Under the pieces are notes generated by a model, which had not been told where the DNA came from, did no database searches, and was given only the letters and a program-made list of their open reading frames with translations. DNA of 64,000 bases from Candidatus Omnitrophota bacterium (GTDB lineage: Bacteria > Omnitrophota > Gorgyraeia > B26-G9), in the NCBI GenBank assembly GCA_018817165.1, contig JAHITY010000118.1, forward strand, positions 6,526 to 70,525. Reading direction: 5' to 3'. The position numbers and the translations under genes are program-made. Of the stretch, positions 62,558 through 64,000 are shown piece by piece; position 1 is the stretch's first letter, and every line of letters begins with the position of its first letter.

Positions 62558-63181
62558 ATGACTGACAAATTAGAGAGATTGACCAAACAGATTTATGATG
62601 AAGGGATTGCCAAAGCGAATCAGCAGGCTACGGAAATAATCAAGGCAGCCGAAGATGAAAAAAGAAAAATCCTCCGATCAGCTAGAAAAGAAGCAGAAGA
62701 CATTATTGCTGTGGCTCATAAAGAATCTGATGAATTAAAAAATATGGTTAACTCTGAAATGCGTATGGCAACTCAGCAGTCATTAGCGCTGCTCAGACAA
62801 AAAATTACGGAGCTTATCGCGGTTACTGTAACCAAAGGAGCGGTTGAGGGTTTTTTAGATGATCCTAATTTTTTAAAGAAAATTCTTGAGATTGTTATGA
62901 AAGAGTGGCTGGGATCAGGTTGTAAACAAGGCCAGGAATTTTATTTAAAACTATCGAAAAAAGTTCAGGTAGATATTGAGAACTATTTTTTTGCTGCTGG
63001 TAAGCAATCCATGGATAAGGGTTTAAAAATCGAGTTTGACGATAAAATAAAAAGCGGTTTTGTGATCAGTCCGAAAGACGGAAGTTACCGGATTGGTTTT
63101 ACCGAAGATGATTTTAAAGCGCTTATTCAGCATTTTCTCCGGCCGAGAATGAAACAATTTCTTTTTGGAGATGGTAAATGA
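62558..63181 (+). CDS. V/A-type ATPase subunit E-like protein (peripheral stalk)
   Basis: ~200 aa with a long N-terminal A/E/K-rich helix (AEIIKAAEDEKRKILRSARKEAEDII) and a globular C-terminus. It is followed by a DUF2764-like gene, as in Bacteroidetes-type V-ATPase operons. Confidence 0.4.
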   Translation: MTDKLERLTKQIYDEGIAKANQQATEIIKAAEDEKRKILRSARKEAEDIIAVAHKESDELKNMVNSEMRMATQQSLALLRQKITELIAVTVTKGAVEGFLDDPNFLKKILEIVMKEWLGSGCKQGQEFYLKLSKKVQVDIENYFFAAGKQSMDKGLKIEFDDKIKSGFVISPKDGSYRIGFTEDDFKALIQHFLRPRMKQFLFGDGK

Positions 63182-64000
63182 GTAATTATTATTATTATTT
63201 AGTTTCTTCTTTACCTGAGCTAAGATTAGATGATTATAAAGAGCCTTATCGGGTAAATGAGTTTATTGAAGAACTTTATGCTAATCTTGAGCTTGAACAT
63301 TGCGGATATGTCCAAGATATTTTATACATGAATGATAATCCGAATATTATTGATATTGTGACTGACAGTGAAAATACCTGGCTGGATGCAAAGGGAAATT
63401 GGACCTTTGATGAAATAAAAGCATTTTTCGATAATCCGGAAACTTTGGATCCTAAGCAAAACGCCTATATCTTGGAATTTATAAACGCTTTAGGCGGTTT
63501 TAAAAAAGAAGACAAAAAAATAAATCGTTTTCAAGCTGAGAATTTGCTTTTAACTAGGTTTTATACAAAGATGATGAATCACGAAAATTCTTTTATTAAA
63601 GAGTATTTTACTTTTGATTTTCAACTAAGGAATGTCTTGCTGGCAATTAATAAAAGAAAGTTTAATCAGGATAAAATTAATTTATTAGAAGTAGATGAAG
63701 ATGAAGTCGTGCAAACACTCCAAAAGTCTACGGCTAATGATTTTAACTTATCAATGAATCTTGAATATATGCAGCCATTATTAGCGGCTTTTGAGAAAGA
63801 TGATATATTATTTAGAGAAAAACTGATTGACCAGTTGCGCTGGGCAAAAATAGATCAAATTAATACTTTTGCTTATTTTAAAGTTGATGTTTTGTTGGGT
63901 TATTTAATTAAATTGATAATGGTTGAACGCTGGCTGGCGATGGGTGCTGCCCGCGGTCAGGAAGCTTTTTTGAAGATTTCTGAAATTGACCCTAAACTTT
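63178..64000 (+). CDS. DUF2764-like V-ATPase-associated protein, 3'-partial (runs off the window end)
   Basis: ATG at 63178 overlaps the stop of the upstream gene. The frame is open to 64000. It is not in the ORF track because there is no stop in the window. Confidence 0.3.
   Translation, partial: MSNYYYYLVSSLPELRLDDYKEPYRVNEFIEELYANLELEHCGYVQDILYMNDNPNIIDIVTDSENTWLDAKGNWTFDEIKAFFDNPETLDPKQNAYILEFINALGGFKKEDKKINRFQAENLLLTRFYTKMMNHENSFIKEYFTFDFQLRNVLLAINKRKFNQDKINLLEVDEDEVVQTLQKSTANDFNLSMNLEYMQPLLAAFEKDDILFREKLIDQLRWAKIDQINTFAYFKVDVLLGYLIKLIMVERWLAMGAARGQEAFLKISEIDPKL

Overview
The window is an AT-rich (roughly 35-40% GC by eye), gene-dense bacterial chromosomal segment. Every credible gene (about 52) lies on the + strand. 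It probably comes from an uncultivated low-GC diderm, since it carries a secretin and Gsp/Pil machinery.

Content in order:
(1) The 3' 6.4 kb of a giant repetitive surface protein. It is truncated by the window start, has at least 15 tandem ~94-aa Ig-like repeats, and ends in a C-terminal TM anchor.
(2) An atypical F-type ATP synthase operon in the order epsilon, c, b-delta fusion, alpha, gamma, beta. There is no a-subunit gene, and the beta and alpha P-loops are divergent.
(3) A type II secretion-like cluster: GspE, F, G, two minor pseudopilins, K, L-like and M-like. Its GspE carries a C-terminal PilZ domain. It is followed by a small protein that joins a PilC/GspF N-terminal domain look-alike to a paralogous PilZ domain. 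A secreted HExxH peptidase-like gene sits inside the cluster.
(4) pgk and tpiA, with an extra GspG-like pseudopilin gene between them.
(5) A type IV pilus cluster: a second GspE/PilB-family ATPase, PilT, a third PilB-like ATPase with an MshEN-like N-terminus, PilC, a PilM-PilN fusion, PilO, PilP-like and a PilQ secretin.
(6) Housekeeping genes: polA, glgA, coaE, rho, rpmE, prfA, prmC, murA, rpsP, trmD, rplS, rnhB, a 5-formyl-THF cyclo-ligase, rny with ymdB, and an nfnAB-like pair.
(7) Two adjacent large proteins that share an N-terminal signal-anchor module. One (1209 aa) has a highly expanded CofD/YvcK-like domain. The other (930 aa) is a long RelA/SpoT homolog with an HD-to-HR pseudo-hydrolase, intact synthetase motifs and a TGS domain.
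(8) The start of a V/A-type ATPase operon: an E-like subunit and a DUF2764-like gene, the latter truncated by the window end.

Two dispersed structured repeat families sit in intergenic gaps, in the same orientation as the genes. Family A is ~105 nt with two hairpins, five copies and compensatory base changes. Family B is ~130-155 nt, four copies, and lies inside operons. A G-quadruplex-capable (GGGTGTA)n tract follows atpD. Several promoters with an extended -10 (TGnTATAAT) and one clean rho-independent terminator are visible.

The most promising candidate for something undescribed is a c-di-GMP-wired Gsp/Pil apparatus (GspE-PilZ plus the PilC-N-mimic-PilZ adaptor). The membrane-anchored CofD-like and Rel pair and the repeat families are the next candidates.
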